Assembly (NCBI GenBank): GCA_002395385.1
Contig: DGWW01000300.1
Coordinates: 1 to 54,400, forward strand
Length of the DNA stretch: 54,400 bases
Reading direction: 5' to 3'
Source of the DNA: Myxococcales bacterium UBA4248
GTDB taxonomy: Bacteria; Myxococcota_A; Bradymonadia; UBA4248
Positions 10,915 to 20,325 of this stretch are shown in pieces; the stretch's first letter is position 1; the number at the start of each line of letters is the position of its first letter. A program made the position numbers and the translations under genes. The notes under the pieces are model-generated. The model worked only from the letters and a program-made list of their open reading frames with translations, did not search any database and was not told where the DNA came from.

Positions 10915-11997
10915 ATGGCCGAAAAAGCACAAACATGGACCATTCAAAAAATGCTGCAATGGTCAAAACAATTCTTCGAAGACAACGGGATGGACTCCCC
11001 GCAGCTGGATGCCCAGCTTTTATTGGGGCGTGTCCTGGGCATGAGCAAGATCGATCTGATTATCAATGCTCAGAGGCCGCTCGATGCCAATGAATTGGCG
11101 GAATATAAAAAACTCATCATCCGGCGTGCAAAGGCGCACGAACCCATGGCCTACATTCTGGGCGAAAAAGAATTCTGGTCGATGATGCTCAATGTCACGA
11201 GCGATGTGCTCATTCCCAGACCCGATACAGAATGCCTCGTAGAACGTGCCATCGAGTTTTTAACCGCCAGACACGAAAATAAACCACTCCCCTGGCCATC
11301 GTTGCTCGATAGATCTCAGCTTACTTATGAGAAAATCGACGCACGGGAAGCCTATTACCAGGCCATCGAAGAGGAAGAAAATCAGTCCGAATCCGACGCA
11401 GCCTCCGTAGAAGGCGAAGACCAATCACAAAATCACGAAAAAAATCAAACACTTACAAAAGAAAACGCAGAATCTGAAAGTTCGTTCTCTAAGCTAAAAG
11501 TTTTGGATATTGGCACAGGGAGCGGTGCCATTGCATTGGCACTGGCCAAAGAAACCGGCGATTATTGCGACGTAACCGCCTCTGACATTTCACCCAAAGC
11601 ATTGGAAATCGCCCGACAAAATGCGGATCATCTGGATTTAAAACTCCACTTTATCGAGAGTGATTTATTTAGCCGAATTCCGGACGGTTCATTCGACCTC
11701 ATTGTCTCGAATCCGCCGTATATTACGACCAGCGAGATGGCACAGCTCACCCCCGAGGTACACAAGGAACCCGTGATTGCACTCGAAGCTGGCGCAGATG
11801 GCATGGATATTTATCGCCGTCTGATTCCAGAAGCATTTCGGCGCTTAAACACAGGTGGTGCACTCATGCTCGAAATGGGGTGCACACAGCAGAATGCTAT
11901 TAGCGAACTGCTCAAGGCTGCAGGTTTTAAGCAGATTCGCATGTTCAAGGATTATGCGGGTTTGCCGCGCATCATGACAGGCATTCGGGAAGCTTAA
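10915..11997 (+). CDS. prmC: Release factor glutamine methyltransferase with acidic insertion
   Basis: EPMAYILG, VLIPRPDTE, LDIGTGSG, SNPPY; start at MAEKAQ assumed (ORF track starts at 10840). Confidence 0.92.
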   Translation: MAEKAQTWTIQKMLQWSKQFFEDNGMDSPQLDAQLLLGRVLGMSKIDLIINAQRPLDANELAEYKKLIIRRAKAHEPMAYILGEKEFWSMMLNVTSDVLIPRPDTECLVERAIEFLTARHENKPLPWPSLLDRSQLTYEKIDAREAYYQAIEEEENQSESDAASVEGEDQSQNHEKNQTLTKENAESESSFSKLKVLDIGTGSGAIALALAKETGDYCDVTASDISPKALEIARQNADHLDLKLHFIESDLFSRIPDGSFDLIVSNPPYITTSEMAQLTPEVHKEPVIALEAGADGMDIYRRLIPEAFRRLNTGGALMLEMGCTQQNAISELLKAAGFKQIRMFKDYAGLPRIMTGIREA

Positions 11998-12007
11998 AAT
12001 GAAAAAA

Positions 12008-12070
12008 AAGCGGCGTATCCCGCAGGGATAGCCGCTTGACGCGAGCGTATTGGCCGTAAGGCCAATAGCT
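12008..12070. repeat. Family H element, two modules, between convergent genes
   Basis: GCGGC-G-TATCCC gca GGGATA-GCCGC; AGC-G-TATTGGCC gtaa GGCCAATA-GCT. Confidence 0.75.
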
Positions 12071-12082
12071 GCGTCCCCCCAG

Positions 12083-15000
12083 TTAACAACCGACTAAAGA
12101 GATATACTTCGAAGTCTTGAGTTCGTTGTCTGTCTCATTGCACTCATCGTGCTGCACGCCGTCGGTATTGCCAGGATCATCGACTCGGAAGATGGCTTTA
12201 TATCCGACGATGCTCGAAAGTGTCGTCGGTGTATTCGAAATCGCACCATCCACGATAGGATAGGCAGTTTTCATATCCCACTGGAGCTTGGCACTGCCCT
12301 TGGCACCGACAGCCAACCCGTGAATCGTCGAAGTCCCGACGTAATACTGATTGCCGCTGGTATCTTCAATGTAGAAGGAAATGTAGATATCGCTTGTAAT
12401 ATCAAGGCCGCCGATATTGGCAATCGTTGCTTCAAAACCATCCATGGGCGGCGTCTGATCGCAGGCCGTTCTATCCTCGACGAGAACGCCGGGAACGAAG
12501 TTTGGTTGATTGTAGACGCCCGTCGGCTGAACATTCTGCCGGTAGTTATTGAGGCGCTTGTTGAGCCAGTTGGCTTCCTCATGTTGTGGGATAGATCCGT
12601 CATCATTGATGTTCGTCACATGATAGCTGTGCTGATTCCATACTTTGCGCGTGCGTACCCATTTATGATTGGCATCGGCATACACCGTAACCCCAAGATA
12701 ATCCGAGGTATAAGGATCCTTAGGCTCGCTGACGACCACGATTTCGGTTTGACCATCGCCATCGACGTCCACGATGAGCGGATAGTCGATAACAGTACCG
12801 GATGTACTCTTGGTTTCCCAAAGGACTTTGCCATCCAAACCATTGTAAATACGCAGTTTTTGTTGATCGCGGTACACAACTTCGGCTTTGCCGTCCGCCT
12901 CAAAATCGAAGACCGACGAACCCGTTCGGTAACTGGAGCTGTCATCGGTTTTGCTCGACCAAAGAACGGTGCCATCATTCTTAAAGACCGCATATTTGGA
13001 GCCGCCAGCAACACCGATTTCAGCTTTGCCGTCGCCGTCAAAATCTGCAATGACAGGATTGCCGCCGCCACCGCCGGGATGCTTGGTTTCCCAGACTTTT
13101 TCCTGCGTCCAGGTCGAGCCATTCTTGTAGACCTTCCAGACACTTACATATCCTTCGTCTTTAGAAACAGGCTTGGTTCGTACTATTTCGGGGACAAGCT
13201 CGCCAGCTTTGCCGTCCGAAGGCAGAATATCCGCAACGGCTGTATAAGCCCATTTGGTTTCTTTCGATGGGATGTCCATGATCTTATTGCAGTCCTTGTC
13301 GTACATGACGTCGGCAATAATCTCCATGTTGCCATCCTGATCGAGGTCAGCAACCGCAAAAAGATCGTAATACCATGTGCCCTGACGGTTCATCTTATAA
13401 CTGCAGTGCAGCGAGTTCAAATCATTCCCATGAATGATACCGCGAGTGGTCACTATATCGGGAATGGTATCGCCTTCGAGGTCTGCAAGTGTCGGGTGCA
13501 AATCCGCCCAATAGATATCGCTGCCGGTTGCAATGTCATCCGTAATATTAACAAAGCCCTTTTGCTTCCATTGGTAGGAAGACCCATCTTTGACGAGTGC
13601 CAAAGTATAAAGCCCCGTCTTATTCTTATCTTTTGAAGCCGATGGAACCACGACTTCGACAACACCATCGCCATCGACATCACCAGAGGCAATATCATTG
13701 TGTTTGTTGTATATTTTTTCGGACGTTGTCGCGACTGCCTTCCCGGTCTGGCCATCCACTGCCGTCAAAATATAACTGTTGTTCGTAAAGATGACTTCCG
13801 GAACACCATCCCCGGTCAGATCCATCACAACAGGAGACGAAACGACTTTGTCTTCGTAATGCCATTTGACAACTGGCGAAATCGTTTCAAATTCCGGAAT
13901 TGTAAAGCACGCCTGAGGATCCGAGTCGATTGGAATACATGTCCCTTTTTCTGCGCTCACCGGAATATCGCATATCTCCGTCAGTGGGCAATCGGCATCC
14001 GAGGTGCATCCATCCCCAGCATCCAGACAAATCCCATAGGAGGAGCAGATCTGATCTGCTGTACAACAAGTCTCGGTAGAAACATCATGACCGCAAAGCG
14101 TCGTTCCTTCCTCGCATTTCTTATGGCAAAGCCCATCCGTACCGCATGCACCGTCCTTACAGTTGGTAGATTCATTGCAGGGTTCGCATTGGCCCGAAGT
14201 CTCATTGCACACCCCCTTGGCGCATTCGAGCGTGTCGTTGTTGCAGGGCTCACAGCGTTCCGTCACCGGATTGCATGCCATGTTGCAGTTTGTCTCATTG
14301 CAGGGTTCACATTTGCCCGTCGTTGCATTGCACATCTGAAGGCAATTGGTCGATTCATCGCATTTTTCGCATTTGCCCTGAGTCTGATCCGAATAAATAA
14401 AACATACACCACGCTCGACAGTGACACATTCTGCATCCTCCGCACAGGGATCACATTTGCCCGTCGTTGCATTGCAAACACCGCCTATGCAATTCGTATT
14501 CAAATTGCAAGGAACACACAGGTTCATATCCGGATCCGACAAAGAACAGACAGCTTTCGATACATCGGTGCATTCATCGTCCGTAAGGCATTCCACACAG
14601 ACATGGCGCGCTTCATCACAATTGCCTTTTTCACAGTCGGCCGAGGTGAGACATTCCACACAAGATCCATCCGTATGACAGACAGGCACTTTCGAATCTT
14701 TCAGTTTACATTCTTCATTCGTTTTGCATTCCTTACAAGTAAATGAAGAAGCAACATCACAAATCGGTTCCGTCACAACACTCGTGCACTGGGTTTTGTC
14801 CGTATTGCTCGAACAAACAACGCATGTGTTCAAATAATCATCCGAAACACTGTCCCCCACTGCGCAATGATTGGTATTCTCTAAAGAAGCACAATGCTCA
14901 TCGGTTTTACAGACGACACAGGTATTGGCTTTGCGGCCCGCTTCGGCACAATACGGTTTGTCATCGCCATTGGCCGCACATTGTTCGTCCGAGGTACATG

Positions 15001-16531
15001 GCACACAATGGTTTTGATTGACACCGATCTCGGCACAATGCGGTTTGTCGGCAGATTGACATTCTGCATCGGTTTGACACTCCATACACATGTTGGCATT
15101 GGGCCCTGTCAAAATGCAAACGCCCACCGTACAAGGATGCGTTTCATCACACTCTTTGCAAATATTATCGACACAAATACCCGATTCACAGTCGCTATTG
15201 TCATGGCAATTGCCGCAGGTATGATCTTCGCAGAATTTCATGCCATCGCCACAATCAGTAACCGTATTGCATTCAACACAACTGCCGGCATCAGTGTTAC
15301 AAATGGGATACATTCCGTCTTTTTCTGCACATTCCTCATTTTTTTCGCATTTTTGGCAATAATTGCCATCCGTGCTGATTTGACAAATGGGCAGTGTCAC
15401 TTCCTTACAATCAGAGCTCGTCACACATCCCGTACATATATGCGAACTGATATCGCACGTGGCATTCCCCGAACAATCCAAATCGCTGTTGCATTCCACA
15501 CAGGTATGCGCATCCGCACCTTCAATCGCGCAAATCGGTTTTTCGCCATTGGGGTACAGATTCTCACATTCCGTATTGGTATTGCATTCCATGCAGACAC
15601 CATGGGTCACATCGCAGACGAGCCCCTCTGCACAATGCGCATCTTCTGTGCAAACGACGCACATATTGGCAATCTCGCCCTGTGTGCCACAGTGTTTCGA
15701 ACTGTCCGTACACGGATGGGTATCATCACATTCTCTGCAGAGGTAATCGACACACACACCCGAATCGCAATCTGCGCCCGTCAGACATGCTACGCAGCGA
15801 TTGCTGTCGAGATGACAACGTGGCTTATCTGAACTTGTACAATCCGAATCACTGGAACACTCAAAACATGCACCGTTATCCTGGCAAACGCCCGCTGTAC
15901 ATGTATGGGAAGCGTCACATGGCACACACACATGAGAAGATGAATCACAAATCGGCCTGTTCTTTTCGAGACAATCGTCATTCGAACCACATTCCACACA
16001 AACTTTGGCAGACGTGTCACATACCGGTTTTGCAGAATCTTTGCAGTCACTGTTTACCGTACATTCGACACAAACATGAGATACGGTATCGCATACGGGA
16101 ACCGCTGCATCGGTGCAATCATCATTGGTATTGCATCCTTCCACACAAACATGGGACAAAACATTACAAATCGGCTTTGCATCGCTCTTGCAGTCTTTCG
16201 AACCATTGCATTCAACACAAACATGAGACGCGGTATCACATACGGGAACCGCTGCATCGGTGCAATCATCATTGGTATTGCATCCTTCCACACAAACATG
16301 GGACGAAACATCACAAATCGGCTTCGCATCATTCTTGCAGTCTTTCGAAACATTGCATTCGACACAAACATGCGCGGATGTATCACAAACAGGTTTCAAA
16401 CTATCCGTACACTGCTCATCCGACTGACATCCACCTTTGTACTGCCATAGGTGCGTGGTAATTTCATCATTACACCCCATCACTGTGAGCAGCGATATCG
16501 ACGCAAGCAAAACCAGTCTATTTTTCTTCAT
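12083..16531 (-). CDS. Large Cys-rich repeat lipoprotein with FG-GAP/VCBS beta-propeller and C-terminal CARDB-like domain
   Basis: AAGGAG RBS; lipobox VMGC; many CxxCxxxxDC repeats; DLTGDGVPE, DVDGDG and DFDGDG repeats; WNQHSYHVTN. Confidence 0.8.
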   Translation of the reverse strand: MKKNRLVLLASISLLTVMGCNDEITTHLWQYKGGCQSDEQCTDSLKPVCDTSAHVCVECNVSKDCKNDAKPICDVSSHVCVEGCNTNDDCTDAAVPVCDTASHVCVECNGSKDCKSDAKPICNVLSHVCVEGCNTNDDCTDAAVPVCDTVSHVCVECTVNSDCKDSAKPVCDTSAKVCVECGSNDDCLEKNRPICDSSSHVCVPCDASHTCTAGVCQDNGACFECSSDSDCTSSDKPRCHLDSNRCVACLTGADCDSGVCVDYLCRECDDTHPCTDSSKHCGTQGEIANMCVVCTEDAHCAEGLVCDVTHGVCMECNTNTECENLYPNGEKPICAIEGADAHTCVECNSDLDCSGNATCDISSHICTGCVTSSDCKEVTLPICQISTDGNYCQKCEKNEECAEKDGMYPICNTDAGSCVECNTVTDCGDGMKFCEDHTCGNCHDNSDCESGICVDNICKECDETHPCTVGVCILTGPNANMCMECQTDAECQSADKPHCAEIGVNQNHCVPCTSDEQCAANGDDKPYCAEAGRKANTCVVCKTDEHCASLENTNHCAVGDSVSDDYLNTCVVCSSNTDKTQCTSVVTEPICDVASSFTCKECKTNEECKLKDSKVPVCHTDGSCVECLTSADCEKGNCDEARHVCVECLTDDECTDVSKAVCSLSDPDMNLCVPCNLNTNCIGGVCNATTGKCDPCAEDAECVTVERGVCFIYSDQTQGKCEKCDESTNCLQMCNATTGKCEPCNETNCNMACNPVTERCEPCNNDTLECAKGVCNETSGQCEPCNESTNCKDGACGTDGLCHKKCEEGTTLCGHDVSTETCCTADQICSSYGICLDAGDGCTSDADCPLTEICDIPVSAEKGTCIPIDSDPQACFTIPEFETISPVVKWHYEDKVVSSPVVMDLTGDGVPEVIFTNNSYILTAVDGQTGKAVATTSEKIYNKHNDIASGDVDGDGVVEVVVPSASKDKNKTGLYTLALVKDGSSYQWKQKGFVNITDDIATGSDIYWADLHPTLADLEGDTIPDIVTTRGIIHGNDLNSLHCSYKMNRQGTWYYDLFAVADLDQDGNMEIIADVMYDKDCNKIMDIPSKETKWAYTAVADILPSDGKAGELVPEIVRTKPVSKDEGYVSVWKVYKNGSTWTQEKVWETKHPGGGGGNPVIADFDGDGKAEIGVAGGSKYAVFKNDGTVLWSSKTDDSSSYRTGSSVFDFEADGKAEVVYRDQQKLRIYNGLDGKVLWETKSTSGTVIDYPLIVDVDGDGQTEIVVVSEPKDPYTSDYLGVTVYADANHKWVRTRKVWNQHSYHVTNINDDGSIPQHEEANWLNKRLNNYRQNVQPTGVYNQPNFVPGVLVEDRTACDQTPPMDGFEATIANIGGLDITSDIYISFYIEDTSGNQYYVGTSTIHGLAVGAKGSAKLQWDMKTAYPIVDGAISNTPTTLSSIVGYKAIFRVDDPGNTDGVQHDECNETDNELKTSKYISLVGC

Positions 16532-16563
16532 AGACATCTCCTTCTTATGAATTTTCTTTAAAA

Positions 16564-16639
16564 AGCTGCTATTTCGGCTACGCCGAAATACGCCGCTTAT
16601 GAGCGCGGCTATTACGGCCACGCCGTAATACGCCGTGCT
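16564..16639. repeat. Family H element, two modules
   Basis: GCTATTTCGGC tac GCCGAAATACGC; GGCTATTACGGC cac GCCGTAATACGCC. Confidence 0.75.
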
Positions 16640-16693
16640 ACAGTATGGTACATTTATTATTGTTTCAAAGCCCAATGTCAAGGGCTTCACTGT

Positions 16694-16997
16694 TTAAACG
16701 AATTTGTTGTTACGATTCAGCCCTAGGCCAATGACTTATTTCCAAGGTTTTACATATTCAAGGCTTTGGGCTTTAGGCCTCAAGCAGGCGAATCGCAAAC
16801 ACAGAGGTTAAGCTATTCTCGGAATTCATATCTTTTATCAGAGAATACTTACTGCTGCCTTCTACCTGGGTTGACTCAACTTCAGTCCTTTAAATTAAAG
16901 CATGGGGGCTGAGTCGCAACATTTGCTCCTGCGAAGTGGGTTCACGTTTATCATCAAAGATCCGTGAACATCGCAGAATAAAAGCAAATCCGTTTGC
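16694..16997. mobile_element. Family B element interrupted by a family A element (16709-16920)
   Basis: B ends AAACGAATTTG / CAAATCCGTTTG; A ends GTTACGATTCAGCCC / GGGCTGAGTCGCAAC; flanks ATTTGTT / ATTTGCT. Confidence 0.55.
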
Positions 16998-17123
16998 TAC
17001 CCCCGTTTTTTACCCCCAAAATGACTTTAGAATAGGCTCTGTTTAAATCCGCATGGATAGGCTTTATTCCAAAGTCGTATCAACACTCGTTAAACAGAGC
17101 CAATTATTAACAATCCTAATGCA

Positions 17124-19949
17124 TTATTTCTTCGGCACATAGATCCCAAAGCGCTCACCCAGTTCGTAATGCTGCGAGGCCGAAAGTACCGGTGAATCGA
17201 CCTGAGCGATATCAAATCCGCGATAATTAAAATCACCCCACCAATTGTCATCGACGACAACGATGGAATCTTCATTTCTGGCTTGCACGGTTTTCGGCCT
17301 TCTGTTTGATCCCCCATTGGTGACATCGAGCGCCAGCCAGGCATCCGGTATGTATTGACATCCCTTAACCGCAACAATCAAACTTCCATTTGGAATTTCT
17401 GCTTTTCTGAATATACGCGTTGCAGACCATTTGGTTGCCGTCTCATTTTTGCTATTCAAACGCGTCGGGAAATCACTGGAACTGCTGGGCATATTCAATC
17501 CCGTAGGCATGGTATTCGTGTGATCGGAATTCCAATACGTTTGATAAGCCATACTGAGATCGAGCTTTTCATACTGACTCAAATCATACCCAGCCTTAAT
17601 CAAAGCATCATCTGTATTATCGTGATGAATGGGAACAAATATTGACATAGCCGATTCCAGTTCAGCCATCTCATCCTCTTTCAACTCGGGAGCATCTTCT
17701 TTTGACAATGTAAATGCGCGATACTCAAATTTATCCCACCACGCATCTGTTACTTCGGTAATGGCCTCTTTTACAATGACAGGTCGCTTAGAACCATCTG
17801 TCGCTTTCCTAAGATCAGTCCATCCTTCGGGACGATATTCATAGCCGGATTTTAGTACAATAAAGGAACCATTCGGAATCTCGGAGTGCGTGAACATACG
17901 AGATGCAGCATATTTGTTCAGATTTGTATTTTTACTGCCTGTTTCGGCACTCACCATCGAAGAATAACATTCATAATCACCATTATTGTTATTCACAGCC
18001 GAAAGCTTACACACATCTGCATCTTCACCTGTGGCATTATAAAGCGCATGCGAAACAACACCCACTGGTATTTCAACAAATTCCTTCAGATCATGCCCTG
18101 CATCGGCAAAGACTTTCTCAAGCGCCTCATTGCCCTTTAAATAGCTTCCGTTTACACCTTTTTTAGGAGGAGTCACTTCATAAGGATTCTTATAGGCATT
18201 GATAACAGCTTCTTTGATGGCTTCAACCTGTCTGTTCGTATAAGTATAACCTTTAATTTTATAATAGGCGTCAAGATCAGGTGTATAGGTCACTTTGCCG
18301 ATAGGACGCTTGGTGATTTGTTTTGCCCACATCAAAGCCGCTGCAAACCGGCCATTCTGATAGGACATATGAAAACCATCGCGGTTCATATTATCGGCAA
18401 TAATGCCGCTGCGAAGATTTTCAACCACCGTCCCAACCGGAATCACAATAGGAATATCTTTGTGTGTAGCAATCTTCTTTTGAACGGCCATCACCGTCGC
18501 TTCATACATTTTTCGAGGCGTGTGACCATGGAATGGCATTTGACCATGAGGAGATCCTAATTGAAATCCCCACGTCATAGACCATGCATAAACCGGTTTT
18601 TTGGGGGAATTCTTATTCACGATATCAATCACATAATCGATATCACTATTATATAAATCGATGACCCCAGACGGATAGGTCTGCATCACAAAATAATCCC
18701 AATCATCAGACTTGATCGCCTGTAAATAGGAATAGTTGGCTGTGTCTGTTTTCTTGCCATTTTTATCGAGATAATAATGATCCGCTGTTTTATTCTGTCT
18801 GATATTTTCGGCATGCCAGTTAATCGACTTGCCACCTGTGTATAACAATCCTACCGTGACATCGGTATAACCCATGGCCAACAATATATCATGAAGATAT
18901 ATCGTCGAATCGCGCATAAAACTATTACCAAGCCCCAGAATCTTAATACTCTTCTTATCATCAAATTCGGGCGTACATGGTTTTCCTGCCTCACTGCATA
19001 ACCAGGATTCCTCAATGATACAATCTTTGGAACACCCATCGCCATCCGCTGTGTTACCGTCGTCGCACGCTTCATTGCTTGCTAACTTACCATCCCCACA
19101 ATTCGTTTTGCAACTGGCACCATCCTCAGAACACACCCAGCCTTCCTCGACAACACACAATGCAGAGCATCCGTCACCATCTTGCGTGTTCCCATCATCA
19201 CATGCTTCCTCGCCAACCTTTTTACCATCGCCGCAATTGGATGTACAGCCAGCCCCCGCATCAGAACATGTCCAGCCTTCCTCGACGTTGCATTGGGCAG
19301 AACAACCATCGCCATCCGATGTATTGCCGTCATCACAGCCTTCGCCTTCTGCTAAAGTCCCATCCCCACATCCCTCTGCAGGATTGACGCCCCCCTCTGT
19401 ACAAGGTTGTCCTGGTTCACTGCATGTCCAGCCGTCTTCGATATGACAATCACTCGTACAACCATCGCTATCCGCGGTATTGCCATCATCGCAATCTTCA
19501 CCTTCAGCAAGCTTCCCATCACCACAGACATCATTGGAATCGCCCTCAACACAGTGTTGTCCTGCTTTGCTGCAGGTCCAGCCGTCTTCAATATGACAAT
19601 CACTCGTACAGCCATCGCCATCCTCCGTATTGCCATCATCGCAGTCTTCGTTATCCGCCAACTTACCGTCACCACAAATATCTTCGGTGTCATCCGAATC
19701 CTCAGTACAAGGCTTGCCCGCCTTACTGCATGTCCAGCCATCCTCGACATGGCAATCGCTCGTACAACCATCGCCATCCTCTGCATTGCCGTCATCACAT
19801 AACTCGCCTTCTTCCAGCTTAGCATTGCCACATACGACTTCATCTTGCCCGCTGGGACTCGTTGTCTCATTGGATGAATCATCACCACAGGCGGAAAAAC
19901 TCATTGCTGCAGCAATATAAATAAGACTGCTCAGATACTTCGGTTTCAT
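17124..19949 (-). CDS. Lipoprotein with Myxococcus Cys-rich repeats (DUF4215-like), an SGNH-type (DUF4886-like) domain and a duplicated C-terminal domain
   Basis: Lipobox FSAC; six CG(N/D)xK/T..CDDGN..GDGC repeats; GLGNSF and RDGFH; two Y.P..W...V.D.WW..F.YR.F domains. Confidence 0.8.
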   Translation of the reverse strand: MKPKYLSSLIYIAAAMSFSACGDDSSNETTSPSGQDEVVCGNAKLEEGELCDDGNAEDGDGCTSDCHVEDGWTCSKAGKPCTEDSDDTEDICGDGKLADNEDCDDGNTEDGDGCTSDCHIEDGWTCSKAGQHCVEGDSNDVCGDGKLAEGEDCDDGNTADSDGCTSDCHIEDGWTCSEPGQPCTEGGVNPAEGCGDGTLAEGEGCDDGNTSDGDGCSAQCNVEEGWTCSDAGAGCTSNCGDGKKVGEEACDDGNTQDGDGCSALCVVEEGWVCSEDGASCKTNCGDGKLASNEACDDGNTADGDGCSKDCIIEESWLCSEAGKPCTPEFDDKKSIKILGLGNSFMRDSTIYLHDILLAMGYTDVTVGLLYTGGKSINWHAENIRQNKTADHYYLDKNGKKTDTANYSYLQAIKSDDWDYFVMQTYPSGVIDLYNSDIDYVIDIVNKNSPKKPVYAWSMTWGFQLGSPHGQMPFHGHTPRKMYEATVMAVQKKIATHKDIPIVIPVGTVVENLRSGIIADNMNRDGFHMSYQNGRFAAALMWAKQITKRPIGKVTYTPDLDAYYKIKGYTYTNRQVEAIKEAVINAYKNPYEVTPPKKGVNGSYLKGNEALEKVFADAGHDLKEFVEIPVGVVSHALYNATGEDADVCKLSAVNNNNGDYECYSSMVSAETGSKNTNLNKYAASRMFTHSEIPNGSFIVLKSGYEYRPEGWTDLRKATDGSKRPVIVKEAITEVTDAWWDKFEYRAFTLSKEDAPELKEDEMAELESAMSIFVPIHHDNTDDALIKAGYDLSQYEKLDLSMAYQTYWNSDHTNTMPTGLNMPSSSSDFPTRLNSKNETATKWSATRIFRKAEIPNGSLIVAVKGCQYIPDAWLALDVTNGGSNRRPKTVQARNEDSIVVVDDNWWGDFNYRGFDIAQVDSPVLSASQHYELGERFGIYVPKK

Positions 19950-20064
19950 AATTCTCTCCCTTGTTTACGGTTGCAATTGGTAAAAACTTCAAAGTACTCA
20001 ACCACCACTTTGACAGATTAGCACATTAGTCCCAAACAAACCAACGATTATTCCTATATTTCAA

Positions 20065-20283
20065 GTTACTATTCAGCCCATACGCTTGTTTTTTCGAAAG
20101 CTCAAACCATTCGTTAATGCATAATACATAATTATGAATGCATAATGAAATGTCATACTCAGAGAATGGGGATAATGCCTTTGGTTTTGCAAAATCATTC
20201 AGCATTATGAATTCAGCATTATGAATTAAAGAGATTTCAAGTATTTGGAAAACCAGGAGCGTACTCCTGGGCTGAACAGTTAT
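20065..20283. mobile_element. MITE-like element, family A, with possible 8-bp target-site duplication
   Basis: Ends GTTACTATTCAGCCC / GGGCTGAACAGTTAT; flanks TATTTCAA / TATCTCAA; internal heptamer inverted array. Confidence 0.6.
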
Positions 20284-20325
20284 TATCTCAAAGGATGCAT
20301 GACAAATCGGCATTAAAAATATTTC

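Noticed and set aside
12149-16461. Long plus-strand ORFs (495, 348, 312, 259 aa)
   Set aside because: Antisense shadows of the Cys-rich gene with no recognisable motifs
16532-16690. N-terminal extensions in the ORF track (also 26214-26390, 34209-34493, 37798-37869, 41825-41866)
   Set aside because: They run through repeat elements or a neighbouring gene; better starts lie downstream
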